The notes beneath the pieces were generated by a model. It did no database searches and had not been told where the DNA came from. It worked only from the letters and a program-made list of their open reading frames with translations. Of a DNA stretch of 64,000 nucleotides, positions 37,112-49,419 are shown one piece after another. The DNA comes from an uncultured Planctomycetota bacterium (GTDB lineage Bacteria > Planctomycetota > Planctomycetia > Isosphaerales > Isosphaeraceae). The stretch spans positions 960,001 to 1,024,000 of the forward strand of contig CAWGMQ010000010.1 in the NCBI GenBank assembly GCA_963823665.1, read 5' to 3'. Each line of letters opens with the position of its first letter. The stretch's first letter is position 1. The position numbers and the translations under genes were made by a program.

Positions 37112-38768
37112 TCAATCGGAGAGCGTAACCGGTTCGGTCGGTTCGCTCCACGGCCCGAGCACCTCTCGCCGCTGGCCGGCTCGATCCGAGCTGTCGATCA
37201 CGACTCGCAGGCGGTAACGGTAGCTTACCCCACGCTCCACGGTGAAATCGACGGACCGCACCATGATCTCGGGCGCACTCGATCGGCGGGATTGGCCTTC
37301 GTCCGCCGAAACCCTTTGCAACCGGGGGCGGCGGATCCGCTTCTTGTTTGCTTGAACGCAGCCTTTCGACGTCGGCCCCAGCCCAGCGACCGTCCTTGAG
37401 AAACGGCAGCGGATCAGCCAGCGCTGCACGTCGAAGCTGCTCGGGGATCAGGTCTTCCGACTCCACTTCCGGCAAGTTGCCGAGAATGCGGTCGTTTTTC
37501 ACGTGGTCCACGTCGGCCCATGCGGACCAGTCGGCACCATCACGGCGTTCCTGCCGCTGAACGTCGAGCCTTCTGTAATCCGGTTGAACCTTGGCGGGAG
37601 CTGCGCTTTTATTCGCGGCGAAAGCGGCGGCGAGCCCGAGGCTCTTCCGGATCGCGTCATGATCCAGCGCGCCGATGACAACCGCCCATCGATGCTCTTC
37701 GAGCTTCTCCGCGTATTCGCCATTCGCTTGGATTCGCCTGCCGCTCTCATCGAGGGCGAACGCCAGGAACTTGCCGTGGCCGGCGCTGGCTTTCACATCA
37801 CTTGGGGCGGCCAGTTTCAAGCGATACGGTTCAGCACCGCGACCGCTTTCCGTCTTCTGGTCAACCGGTTTCACTTGTGCCGTCGGTGCTTGGCCCGAAT
37901 GGGCCTGGCTTGCGCGGAACGCACCCGCCACGCAGAGTACTGCAATCAAAAACGTAGGCAATACGATGATCGTGAGCCGCACCGCAAACATCGCGTTCAG
38001 GACCTGGGCAGCCAATGAGGCGATGGTCATTGTTGTTGCCCTCCCGCTCGGCGTGGTTTGTGTCACAAGTTCGATCGTCGACCGAATGAGCGCCGCTGGC
38101 ACGACTGGCTCGGCTTTGGCGCAAGGCCGCTTCGGCCATCACGAAGGCACCCGGCACGATGCCTCGTCTCTTCAGGCGGCGCCGCAACAGTTCCCGGCCG
38201 CGTGCCAGCCGGCTTTGCACGGTCCCGATGCGCCAGTTCAAACGTTCGGCCGCCTGTCGATGGGTCAAACCGTCGACCAGGCAAAGCGTGACCGCGATCC
38301 GATAACGGTGCGGAATGCGCTTGACCTCGTCCTCGAGGATCTGAGCGAGGTCGCGCTGTCGTACCGTTGTGTACGAGATCTGGAGAGCTTCATTCGACAC
38401 GGCGAGCTCATGCCGGCGGCGCCGACGAGCGGCCCCCCTTGCGCAAGCGGCCGTCCGGCGAGCGACCTCGTGCAGCCAGGGGCAGAGGGAGTCGCGAATG
38501 TTCAGCGCACGGCGCGGGTTGCGAGAACCAAGAAAGTCGCCTGGAACGCGTCGTCTGCATCGTTCGAATCATCAAGAATCGACCGGCAGATCTGGTGCAC
38601 CATCGAGCCGTGCCTGGCGACCAGGACTTCAAAGGCGAGCTGAGCTTCCTCGCCGGCGCGCTCGACAAACCGTTCAAGCAGTTGGCGGTCCGTGAGCCCG
38701 CCGATCGCTCCGATCTCGAATAGCGATTGGAAGTACGGGAACGCAGCGACAGTTGCCTTGTGCGCCAT
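37112..38768 (-). CDS. ECF sigma-70 factor with transmembrane helix and C-terminal extension; frameshifts at ~38510, ~38105, ~37275
   Basis: LTDRQLLERF..AFEVLVARHGSMV..DADDAFQATFLVL (region 2), LCLVDGLTHRQAAERLNWRIGTVQSRLARGR (region 4), then a hydrophobic helix. Confidence 0.8.
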
Positions 38769-39072
38769 GGGTCTCGTCCTCTCCAGCCGAGTCTCGTTGC
38801 TGCTTTCCCTTAATGTTACCGGAAGTGAAACCTAGTCCGAGTTTTTTTCTGCGGGCACCAGAATTTCAGTTATTACCTGACGTCAGAACGAAATTCCTAC
38901 AGATTCCGCGGTCGTTTCTTGCCGATAATACCATCAAGTCCGGTCCTGGGGATCGTCGAGCAATGCCGTGCATCGAGACTTCCGGAAGTCAGCTCGTGCC
39001 TTGTTCTCCGGACGACTTCCGCTCGCGCGTTCCGAGTGCTTCCCCGAACAACTGTGGGGACGATTGCAAGCC

Positions 39073-39336
39073 ATGAGCATGAAAACGCATCGCGCTCGTA
39101 CCAAGCTCCAGGTGCTCAGCGGGTTTCTCGCCGTGTTGGTGACCGGCTGCCAATCGGACGGATATCAGCCCTTCCTGGCGACCCAGGCGGCAATCGGTTC
39201 GTTGGTCGGGTCGCACTGCGGGCTTACGATCATCAACTTCGAGGTGAAAGACGTTCAAGATCAGCCGGAGGCTGACCAGGTGGATACGACCCGCGACTCA
39301 ACGCAAACCGCTCCGCGATCGAACACCAGCCGATAG
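39073..39336 (+). CDS. Small putative lipoprotein
   Basis: Basic N-terminus, hydrophobic core and LVTGC lipobox-like motif. Confidence 0.4.
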   Translation: MSMKTHRARTKLQVLSGFLAVLVTGCQSDGYQPFLATQAAIGSLVGSHCGLTIINFEVKDVQDQPEADQVDTTRDSTQTAPRSNTSR

Positions 39337-39354
39337 TGGCGACCCTCGTACGGC

Positions 39355-39852
39355 TCATCCCCACTCCCGCAAATCACCGCCGAGCGAGGCTATGTACCCC
39401 GGAATTGTCTTTCGCGCACTGCGGACCGTCATCGTCTTGGCCACGAAAATGCAGACAGAGCCAGCCACGTAGACTAATACGAAGGCAGCCGCGGCAAGTT
39501 TTCCGCCTGCATCGCGGGCATGGAGCACCAGCCCCGCCGCGGCCATTGCCGCAAACGTTGCCGTGTATCCGGCGTAGATCACGAATCGGTGTATCCAGCG
39601 CGTGAGCCGGCGGTTGAGGTTTCGCAGCGCGACGACACCGCATCCACAAGCACCGCATGCGAAAAGGAACGCCCAGTTTCCGACTCCGCCGAGCTCATTG
39701 GCGAGTACGACCTCGAGCACTCCAAGAACCGCAGCACCGCTGGCCAGTATCATCAGCCACTTCGCAACCGCGGCCCACCGCGAAAGGGTGACGATCGCCG
39801 CGACGGAGAACAGAATTGCAAGCACCTGCAGGATGGTGGCAATTTGGAGCAT
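39355..39852 (-). CDS. Small membrane protein
   Basis: 165-aa ORF with about five hydrophobic segments. Confidence 0.55.
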   Translation of the reverse strand: MLQIATILQVLAILFSVAAIVTLSRWAAVAKWLMILASGAAVLGVLEVVLANELGGVGNWAFLFACGACGCGVVALRNLNRRLTRWIHRFVIYAGYTATFAAMAAAGLVLHARDAGGKLAAAAFVLVYVAGSVCIFVAKTMTVRSARKTIPGYIASLGGDLREWG

Positions 39853-40349
39853 GGTCGAGCCGCCCCGCGCGGTCGTGTGTTGTAGCAATTCGATTCGCAA
39901 ACCGATCGGGCGTTCGCCTCACTTGCGGATCGGGACACCTCAGCAACACGCGCCGCGCGTACGTATCAGGATACCCCAAATCGGCAGCGGCATCCCGTTC
40001 CTTTCCCGGCCGGGAGCCGTGCCGTTGCATCAAAACGCTTGTGCTGAACGTACGTGCTCGTTCAAAGCACGGCACAGCCCGAACGGTTCCACGCCCGTTC
40101 ACCGATCGCGGGGCGACCGCTCCCTCTTCACAAGGTTTTACGCTTTGAACGGCGCCCTATATCAATACGCTTCTCTGGATTGATCTCAAATCGGTTGAGA
40201 ATTCCAGGGCCAGAGCCAGCACTCCCGACGCATCAATCACCTAGGCAATTAGTTGTTGCGATCATCGATCGGCGCGGCAACCGCCGAATCGGCCGATGGT
40301 GCTGCGCACCTTCGGTTTGACGTGTTCCGTTTGCGCGAAGGGGTGAGGC

Positions 40350-42769
40350 ATGCGAGCGCCCGTTCGGGTTTGCGCGGTCGCGCGTGCTGCGGCTTGATCG
40401 CCGTGGGTGCGGTGACGTGGATCACCCAACCTATTGGATCGCTCGGAGTTCGCCGTGCTTCAGCCCATGCAGTGGGTGTTGACGGCGGTGCACGAAAGCC
40501 TGGCTTGAGGCATGCCTATCCGAACCCGGGGCTGGCAACGTTCTCGGACCCGAATGCTCGCGTAGGATCGACCGACCGAGTGTTCCTCGATCCGTTCGCG
40601 TTCGATGGAAGCGTGTTCAGTGCGACAACAATTCTTGCGGACGAGAATCGCGACGTGGGGTCGCTCAAGGAGTATCGCGAGGTCATCGCCGCGCCCCGCG
40701 GCGGGCTCGGGCGAATCTCGAGGCGCGGCTTGCGCGTCTCGAGCTCGGCGATCATCCGACATTGAATCAGGCCGGCGAGGCGATTGCGCTCTATCGTGAT
40801 TTCGCCTTCGTTGCACTTTACGAGGGCGACCACGAGCGCACGGGTTCGTGGCTCTCAAAGGCGTTCGAGCTGGCACGAACGCAAGGAATGCCGGCGGAGA
40901 TCAGGGCCAACATGATGGCCCTGCTCGGCATCAACGCGCTGCGCCGGGGCGAAGAAGACAATTGCATCGGCTGCGTCGGTCCCTCGAGCTGCATCTTTCC
41001 GATTAGGCAGGATGCCCGTCATACAGAGCCCGCGGGCTCGCAAGAAGCCGAGCGCTGGTTCACCGCTTATCTTGACGAGTGGCCCGGTGATCTGCGCATC
41101 CGCTGGTTGCTGAACATTGCCGCAATGACGCTGGGCGAGCACCCCGCCAAAGTTCAGCCACGATACTTGATCCCCGCTTCGTCTGCCGGCTCCAAGCTGA
41201 ATCCGGGCCGTTTCGAGAACGTTGCCGCGCGTCGGCGTGATATCCCGCGGGCCGGACTTGGCCGGCGGCTGCATCTTTGACGACTTCACCGGCGACGGCC
41301 GGCCTGATCTTTTCACGACCACGTTTGACGTGAGTCACGGCGCGTCATTTTTCATCAACCGCGGCGACGGGACGTTTGAAGACCGATCCGAGGCGTTCGG
41401 GCTTGCCGAGCAGGTTTATGCCCTCAACACGGTGCGCACGGACTACGATAATGACGGCTGGCCCGACTTGTTGCTGCTGCGGGGTGCCTGGGAGAGGCCG
41501 GCCCGCATGTCGCTGCTGCACAACAAGAAGGGCGAGGCGTTCGAGGATGTAACCGATCAATGCGGCCTTGGCGAACTGATTGCTACAGAGTCAGCCACGT
41601 GGGGTGACTACGACAATGACGGCCGCCTCGATCTGTTCGTCTGCGGAGAATACCTACCGCAGCCCGCTGGCCGAGCAGGCGGGATGGGCGACCCCGATCC
41701 GCGAAACCGCTGCCGGCTTTACCATAACGAGGGCAACGGTAAGTTCGTCGATGTCGCTCTTCGGGCCGGCGTGGTCAACGAGCGCTGGGCCAAGGGTGCA
41801 TGCTGGGGCGATTACGATAACGACGGTCAGATCGACCTCTTCGTCTCGAACATGGATGGCCCTCCTCGTTTGTACTGGAACAAGGGCGACGGCAGATTCG
41901 TGGATGTAGCCCCGTCGCTCCGTATCGACGGACCTCCGCATGGCTTCACGTGCATGTTCTGGGATTATGACGACGACGGCTGGCTCGACCTCTTCGTAGC
42001 CGACTATGGCAGTAGTCTCGCCGAGGTCGTCGCCGATAGATTGGGTTTGCTTGCATACTCCGAGAACCACGCGCACGTCTATCACAATCTTGGTGCGAAG
42101 GGCTTCGAGGAAGTGAGCCGCCGGTTGGGACTGGCTCGGCCAATGCCGACGATGTCCGTCAATGCCGGCGACATCGATAACGATGGCCGCCTTGACCTTT
42201 ATGTCGGTACCGGGTGGATGAACCTGTCTGGCCTGGTTCCGAACACAATGTATTTGAACGCGGGTGACCACTTCGAGGACGTGACGGAGCCGAGTGGCAC
42301 CGGGCACTTGCAAAAGGGGCACGGTGTTTCGTTTGCCGACTGGGATTCTGATGGTGATCTCGACCTGTTTGTAGTGCTGGGCGGCGGATATCCCGGTGAT
42401 CGCGGATGCAATGCCTTGTTTCAAAACCCGGGGAATAAGCGACGCTCGATCCGGATCAAGCTGGTCGGAACTCGGACGAACCGCTCCGCACTCGGGGCCA
42501 AAATTGTTGTCGAGGTCACGGACGCCAGTGGAGATCGACGATCGATTCATCGGGTGGTCGGTAACAACGGCAGCTTTGGAGGCAACAGTCTCGTTGAGCT
42601 GGTCGGGCTCGGTGACGCGAACGTGATCGACACGCTGACCGTGAGCTGGCCGACGAGCCGAAGGACGCAGACTTTTCACGACGTGGCGGTCGATCAGGCA
42701 GTCGAGATCACGGAGGGATCCGAAGCGTTTCAAGTAATGCAAAACCAGCCGATCGTGCTCGCTCGATGA
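40350..42769 (+). CDS. CRTAC1-family FG-GAP/VCBS repeat protein with ASPIC/UnbV C-terminal domain; several frameshifts in the 5' third
   Basis: Repeated DYDNDG.LDLFV motifs, GHLQKGHGVSFAD, NRSALGAKI..., GLGDA..IDTLTVSWP. Conserved N-terminal NCI..PSSCIFPI...RWLLNIAAMTLGE. Confidence 0.8.
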
Positions 42770-42812
42770 GGATTCGCGGCGACTCGCGGCGAAGGTGCCG
42801 GTTCGATTGACG

Positions 42813-45800
42813 TCAACTGGTCCTTGACGCGCCCTCACGCGGCATGAGCCGCTCGAGGCGAGCGAGCACCTCGTCCGGTTTGTGATACCAATCTTTCGTG
42901 AGCACCAGCGCAACACGCCAGCCGAATGCGCGGAGGATCGAAGGCTGCATCAGGTAACGATCCAGCAAGCTTCCGTTCCGGTAGTGCGCCTGCGTGTCCA
43001 CGAGAATGCCCAGTTGATATTCGCTTGCATGCTGGTTTCCCACGGCGAGATCGCATCGAAACCGCGATTGCCCGAGGTCACGGTCCACTGCATATCCGCG
43101 CGATTCGAGCGCGATAGCGAGCGCTGCCACGACGGCGTCGCCGGTGTTGACGGGTGCGAGCGCCTTCCGCGCGAGCGGATTCAGTTTCTCGAGAACTCTT
43201 CGTGCCTGGGCGATATCCCCGTTCGAGGTGGCCTCGGCGTATTGCAGGAAGTTCTTGAGAGCGTTCGCGCCGTCATTGTGGTCGTTGGTGATCTGATCGT
43301 GGCGGATCGAGCTGACGACGACCATATGATGCCGGGTGCGCGAGAAGATGACGTTCAGCCTTTTTTCGCCGCCGCGCTGATTGATCGGACCGAAGTTCAT
43401 CAGCATCCTGCCGGCCGGGTCGCGAGCGTAGCATACGCTCATGATGATGATGTCACGCTCGTCCCCCTGCACGTTTTCGAGGTTCTTGACGAACAGCCCG
43501 CAGTACTGATCATTCTCCTCCCGTTCGTATTCGGCTTCCAGTCGCGCCGCGAACTCGCTGTCTTCCGAGCCGAGCCCGACAAGTGCGTCCTCGATCTCCC
43601 GTTGTTGGGCCTCTGAGAATGCGACCACGCCGATACTCAAGCCGGTCTCCCGAGCGAGTAACGCCCGGACGAGCTGCGCGACGTGGGCCGCCTCAGCGAG
43701 ATTCCTCCGATTCTCGTATACTCCGCTCTCGATAAAGTTAAAACTGATGCTGCGGCCCAGGAGGGCATCGAGGCCCGCGTCTGACAGTTGATTGTCGGTC
43801 GCGCCGAGCCCGGCTTGATCGCTCCTCGATCGCCTTTGATCGGGTATCGTGAAGAGGTTGCCGCCGTAGAACGCCGCGTTCGAGAAGCTGATGAGCGATT
43901 CATAACGGCTGCGGTAATGCCAGGCAAGCAGAGTCGACGGAAGGTTTGCAGCCGATTGGCTGAGGAAGCTTTCCGAACCCAGATCGATCTCGATTCGCTC
44001 GCCTTCTTCCTCGACGAGCACGGTGTCGTCGTCGCCACCACGCGCCGTGGTGAAGAACCGAGTCGGAGGCAACTGCATCTCGTCACCCACGACGATGACC
44101 TGATGCGAGCGATAGAGCGCGGGGATGGCTTCTTCGAGCGGAATTTGACTGGCCTCGTCAAAGATCACCACGTCAAACGAGCCAGGGTCGAGCGGAAGTG
44201 CGTCGGAAACGCTCAGGGGACTCATGAGCCAGATCGGCTTCAAGTCCTGGACGACCGCCCCCGCGCCGTTTGCTGCCAGGTCGCGAATCGACTTGTACCG
44301 CATCGTCTTCCCGAACTCATGCTCGAGCTCACGCCGGCCGGCTGCGTAGGTCTTCTTGAACGCCTTCTGCTCGGCATCGAGCTGCGACGCCGGCATGGAT
44401 GAGATGCTCATGTGATCCAGAAACTTGCGGCGTACGGCCGCGCGAATACACTGGCTGTTCTGCGCCAGCCATTCGCAGTAATCCGTCTCCAGTTGTTCCA
44501 TCTTTCGCTCGAGCATGCGACCATCGAAACGGGCGAGGCCACGGTCCTGGCGATAGACCCAGTTGAGGCTCTTCTGAGCGACGGCGCCTTCGAATTCATC
44601 GAGCGGAACGCGGGCATGCCGAAGTGCATGGCTGAACGATTCGGGCAGGCTTGTGATTTCGCCGAGCAGCGGCAACAATTCGCTGAGCATTCCGGTCTGC
44701 TCGCGCAATTGACGAAGGGTGCTGCTGAGTTCGTGAAGACTGAACTGGCGATGCTCCGCGAGCAGGAACTGAAGGGCTCGATCGAGCTCGAAGAATGTCC
44801 CGTGGATCTCGCCGAGGCTCTCGAGGATCGGCCGGGCATCGTCTGGGCGGCTCTGATGCCGGATCACGGCCTTGACCGACGGATGCGCAAGAAGAGGGTC
44901 CTTCCTGAGCTCGAAGACCAGGTTGCAGAATCCTCGGGCGTCGTCCGTATGCCACTGTCTGCTCGCCTGTTCGCGCGCTGCGGCCACGGCCGCCTGAGCT
45001 TCGTGCTGGAGAGAGAGATCGCTCAGGATCTTGGCCAGAGTGGGCGCGACGGCGTGGCGGGCGAAGTCGTAACGGGCTCGCAACGTGTTTCTGAGCCGCC
45101 AGTAGCTCGGTCGCAGGATGCGCAGGACCGACTTCTCGAGGGAGCGGGCCTGTTCGATCGCGTTTTGTGTGTCATCAGGCGAAAGTGGGTCGTGCCAGGG
45201 CGCTGCCCGCTCCTGCGCCGCGATCAAGGCGAGGCTCGTTTCCGCGAGCCGTTCTGCCAGCGTGTTGAACGCGCTGGCGCCCTGGCCCTTCGAGAGTGCG
45301 CCGAGCTGATTGGCTTCCGCGAGCGGCGCGGCGCGCTCTGCGAATTGCAGCAAGGCATGAACCTGATCGAATGTCTCGCGATGCTCCAGCGCCAAACCCG
45401 ATGTTTGAAGTGCAGCGTCGATCGCGTCCAGCAATGTCTCGGCCTGGTCAATCCCCCGGCCGAAAGCCTCCAGCGGCCGATCGGATTCGAGCACACCTTT
45501 GCCTAGCCAGCGCAGCGGGTGGTTCGCAAAACACAGGTCCTCGCCGAGGTATCCCAGTGCTGCACGCAGCCGGTTCACGGTGTCGCCGTGCCGCTCCCAG
45601 AGCGCGTAGTCTGGCAGCGAGTCTTCCACTTCCGGCGGCCGTTCGCGCGCCGTTCCACAAGTTTCGACCAGACGATGGAGCAGGCTCCTGAGCGAAACGC
45701 CGGTTTTCTCATGCGCTTGCTGCATCGCGTCGGAAAAGCCGCGCAGGCTTTCCAGATCCGTTTCCACCGCACGCAGCGCTTTCGATCGTGCTTTGTCGAC

Positions 45801-47991
45801 GTCAGTCCGCAGATCTCCGCTTGAGAAGCTCTCGTAGGTTCGCTTGAGGTTCTGGATGAAGGCCTTCTTGTCGGTCTGCGAATCGTGAATCAGGCAGCAC
45901 AGCTCGTCCAGCCCCTGCTGGCGAAGGCGGTGAAAAACGACGTCGATCGCCGCGCGCTTCTCGCAGACGAACAGGACGCGTTTGCCGCGCGCCACGTAAT
46001 CCGCGATCAGATTCGTGATGGTTTGTGACTTTCCGGTTCCGGGTGGTCCCTGGATGATATAGCTCGCGCCCGTCCGGCGCGGGCGATCGCTGTGGCCTGC
46101 GTGGCGTCGCACGCGATGATGAGATGCTGCTCCGATAGCTCGGGTAAGGGCGTCGGTTCTTCAAGCTTCTTCGGCGCGAGGGAGAAGACGGTATCAAAGG
46201 CCGTACTGGCCATGTCGGTCTCGATGAGCTTGGCGTAGTCGCGCACGAGCGTCATCTTGCGGTAGTTGAAATTGCCGAGCGTCTGGCTGCAGAGGTCGAA
46301 GTCCCACGAGTAAGGATTCTCATTGTGGCCGTCCAGGAGCGCGACCATCTGGCGCTCAATCTGGAGAACTTGACCTTCTGCCGGAGGAATCTCGGTCTCG
46401 ACGATCTGGGGCAGGCGCGGCTCGGGATCCGCACCCGCCAGAACCCGCTGAGGCAGAGGCGTGGGCCGAACCTTTTCGAGGAAAAGTTGCAGGCCAAGGG
46501 GCCGGAAACCGTCACGTTCGTAGCTATACACCGGCTTGGCCGCGAGTGGCGCGCGCGGGCCTTGATCTTCATGCGCCGTCGATACTGGTCCAACCTCTGG
46601 AAGGCTCGCTCGCGGATGAGCTCGATCTGTGGCCGCTCGATCTTGTTGAGCGTCACTCCCGGCTCGCTGGCTTCGATCTGTGCCCTGAGCGCCATATAAA
46701 ACTGATCAGGCGAGGTCTCGCGCAGATCGACCAGTTCGGGCAGGTTCAAGTTGTAGAGCTCCTTGAGGTGATGGCGCAACGCGGGGTTGACCTCGGCTTC
46801 GCTCGTCGTCGGGTCAAGCACGTAGTTATCCCTGACGCCCTTCTTTTTCACCAGCTCGACGGGCAACAACAAGAGGGGCGAATGGATGCGCTCGTTCGGC
46901 GTGTCCTTGAGGTTGTGCCACCTCAGGAAACAGAGCACGAGCCGGAGCTGGGCAAAGCCGAACTCGGCCCGGTCACGGTGCGCTTCGCTCATGATCTTGT
47001 CGAGCACGCCGGGAATGTACGGCGCGTCTTCGAACCGCAAATAACTGCCCAAAGAAATGGCTGAGCCCTGTGTGATCGCGGCGGCGATCCTGGAATGCCA
47101 GACGAAGAGCTGCTCCAGCTTGATGTTGCGGTAGTTGAGCAACAGCGGCACGGAGGCCGCGGTCAGGTTCAGAGTCCCGGCAGTGGGCTTGAAATGGATG
47201 AGCCGGTTGCGACGTGAAATATCGAACAGCCGGTCGCGAAGCCGCGATTGAATCAACCGACGCTTTCCGGCCAGCCCCGATTCCTTGAAGCCCGAAATGC
47301 GACTCAGGTCGAGGTCGGTCGTCGGCTCGCGGTAATTCTCCAGCCGGAGGATCACCTGGGCCAGGTCCGGGGCGCGGTTGTGGCGATTGAGCTCCGTCAT
47401 CTGCACGATGAGTGAGGCGACCACGGGATTGAGCCGAGGATTGATTTCGAAGAGGTTGGCCCTGCTCGCGACGAACGTCTCCAGCTCGCTTTGATCGGTG
47501 AAATCGAGCGCACATGAGATGCTCGCCAGCAGCAGTCCAAGTGAAAAGATGTCGGTCAACTCATCGTGGTGTCCAATCGCGTGCTCCCAGGACTGATAGC
47601 CCGGCAGAAAGACGGGCCTCGTGACGGTCTCGCCACAGCTCGCGATGCTCAGATCCAGATCCGTCACAGTCGCGCGATCGATGTCCGACGTGCGTCGCGA
47701 TAGGGCGACGACCTCCATTGCGCTGCTGGAGGGAGACTGCAATTCCTTGAGTCTGTCCGCGCTCTTTGAAGGTGGGACGGCCTTCCCCGGGTCAAACGTG
47801 AGAAATCCCTGATCGGCGAGGACCAGGTCTGTGATGCCCTCCAGCGGAGCGACCAGGCCGGAATCGTGCGCCGCGAGCACCTGCTTCATGAGCGGCAAGA
47901 GCGCGCACAGTGCGTCGTCGGTCTCGAACCCTCCTCGCGCGATGCCGTCTTTCAGGAACTTCAAGAAGCACGGCGGGGTGACTTCAACCAC
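42813..47991 (-). CDS. Large (~1700 aa) protein: kinase C-lobe-like domain, DUF4011-like domain, superfamily 1 helicase and C-terminal MTES_1575/Vsr-like nuclease domain; frameshifts at ~46535 and ~46075
   Basis: RDRLFDISRRNRLIHF (DUF4011-like), QGPPGTGKSQTITN, VCEKRAA, LMSPLSVS, VIFDEASQ, VVGDEMQLPPT, WHYRS, LENVQGDERD, GGEKRLNVIFSR, FRCDLAV..GILVD..FGWRV. GTG start overlaps the upstream stop. Confidence 0.85.
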
Positions 47992-49195
47992 GGCCTGCCT
48001 CCACACTGCCGAGCATCTCCTGAGCCTTCTCCTTGATCCGCTTCAGGTCGCGGGCTTTGATTTTCAGTTCCTTGCTCACTAGCGGCTCAAATTGGGAGCT
48101 GAGATCCAGATCGCGAGCCAGCTCGAGCGCGGCGGCAAGCGGCAGCTCGTCGAGGTCAGGATCAGCCGTGACGAAATCAAGCAGCACGTAACCCAGATAT
48201 TCGCGCAGTCCACGATCCGAGAACTTGAGGCCCTCCAGCACCGCGGGATTCCTGGCGGTCGCGGGCTGGATGTCGGCAAAGAAGAGCTTCGCGTGACCGA
48301 GAACGGCGGGTGTCTGAAACCACTTCGGATAGAGCAGGTACTCGAGCAACTTCCTCGTGCCGACGGCGAGCCGCCTCTGACCGATCAGGTCGAGCTCATC
48401 CAGAGAGTCCGCGCCTTCGATCATGGTGCAGATCCGCGCGGCCGCGTTTTCGCGCTCGAGATGCCAGAGTTTGAGCGCGCGTGCCCTGATGAACATTTCA
48501 GGATGCGAAAGCCCATCGCTCGCGACGTCGCCCGCTGCGAAAATCTCGTCTGCTTGTTTGAGATAACCGGGGGCGCTCACCTGCGCCAAGCCTGTCTGAA
48601 TCTTGACCAGGCCCGCGATCACGGGATGCAACTCGCCCGTGGCACAGAGCGAGCCGCGATCGGCGAAGATCTCGGTGTAGAGCTGATATCGCCGGGCGGT
48701 CTGAAATTGACTGGCCACGGCGCGCGGATCGCTGCAACAAGCGTGGATCAGCCGGTCGGCGATCAGGAACTCGCCGTTCTCGCGTTCCCATAAGTGAAAG
48801 TGTGCCAGTTCATGACCGATCACGGATTTGAGCTCGTCCGCAGTCAGAAGCGTGAGCACGGATCCCGAGAAAACGATATGGCCTTCACCCGGTACATAGT
48901 AAAGTGTGGCGTTGGTGGCGAGATTGTTCTGCTCCTGATAAAGGGTGACCGGGATCTCCAGTTGCAGCCTGGCGGTGACCTCTATCACCGTGGTGTAAAG
49001 ATCAGGGTGCCCATCCGGGTCCAGGCGATACGTGGATTTGAGCAAGTCGCGGCGCAAATTGTCGGTAAAGTCGGCTTTGGCCTCGGCCGACGCAAACCAG
49101 TTCCACAGATCGCGCTCGTTCGCTTTGAGGTAATCCCTCAATTCGAGGTGATAGTCCAGCGGTGCGAGTTGCTCTGGGGCGGAATCCCGGGCCAA
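47984..49195 (-). CDS. M48-family zinc metallopeptidase (soluble)
   Basis: VIGHELAH (HExxH), TEIFADR, SHPE motifs. TTG start preceded by AGGAGAG; no obvious transmembrane segment. Confidence 0.85.
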   Translation of the reverse strand: MARDSAPEQLAPLDYHLELRDYLKANERDLWNWFASAEAKADFTDNLRRDLLKSTYRLDPDGHPDLYTTVIEVTARLQLEIPVTLYQEQNNLATNATLYYVPGEGHIVFSGSVLTLLTADELKSVIGHELAHFHLWERENGEFLIADRLIHACCSDPRAVASQFQTARRYQLYTEIFADRGSLCATGELHPVIAGLVKIQTGLAQVSAPGYLKQADEIFAAGDVASDGLSHPEMFIRARALKLWHLERENAAARICTMIEGADSLDELDLIGQRRLAVGTRKLLEYLLYPKWFQTPAVLGHAKLFFADIQPATARNPAVLEGLKFSDRGLREYLGYVLLDFVTADPDLDELPLAAALELARDLDLSSQFEPLVSKELKIKARDLKRIKEKAQEMLGSVEAGRG

Positions 49196-49419
49196 GGCTC
49201 TCTCCTGTGCGACCCAAGCAGTCTTGATTGTCGCACACTTGTGACGAAAACACATTATGGCCCAGAATCAAGCGCCTGATCCAGTTCGCTTGCCGCCAAG
49301 CGAGGCGCTCGCGAGACGGCGAGAAGTGCGACATAATGTTCTTGCTGAAGGAACGGGCGGTGCGCCGGGAGTCTGGCCGCGTGCAACACTCGCCGGTCAG
49401 CGACGAGGTCCGTGATGGC

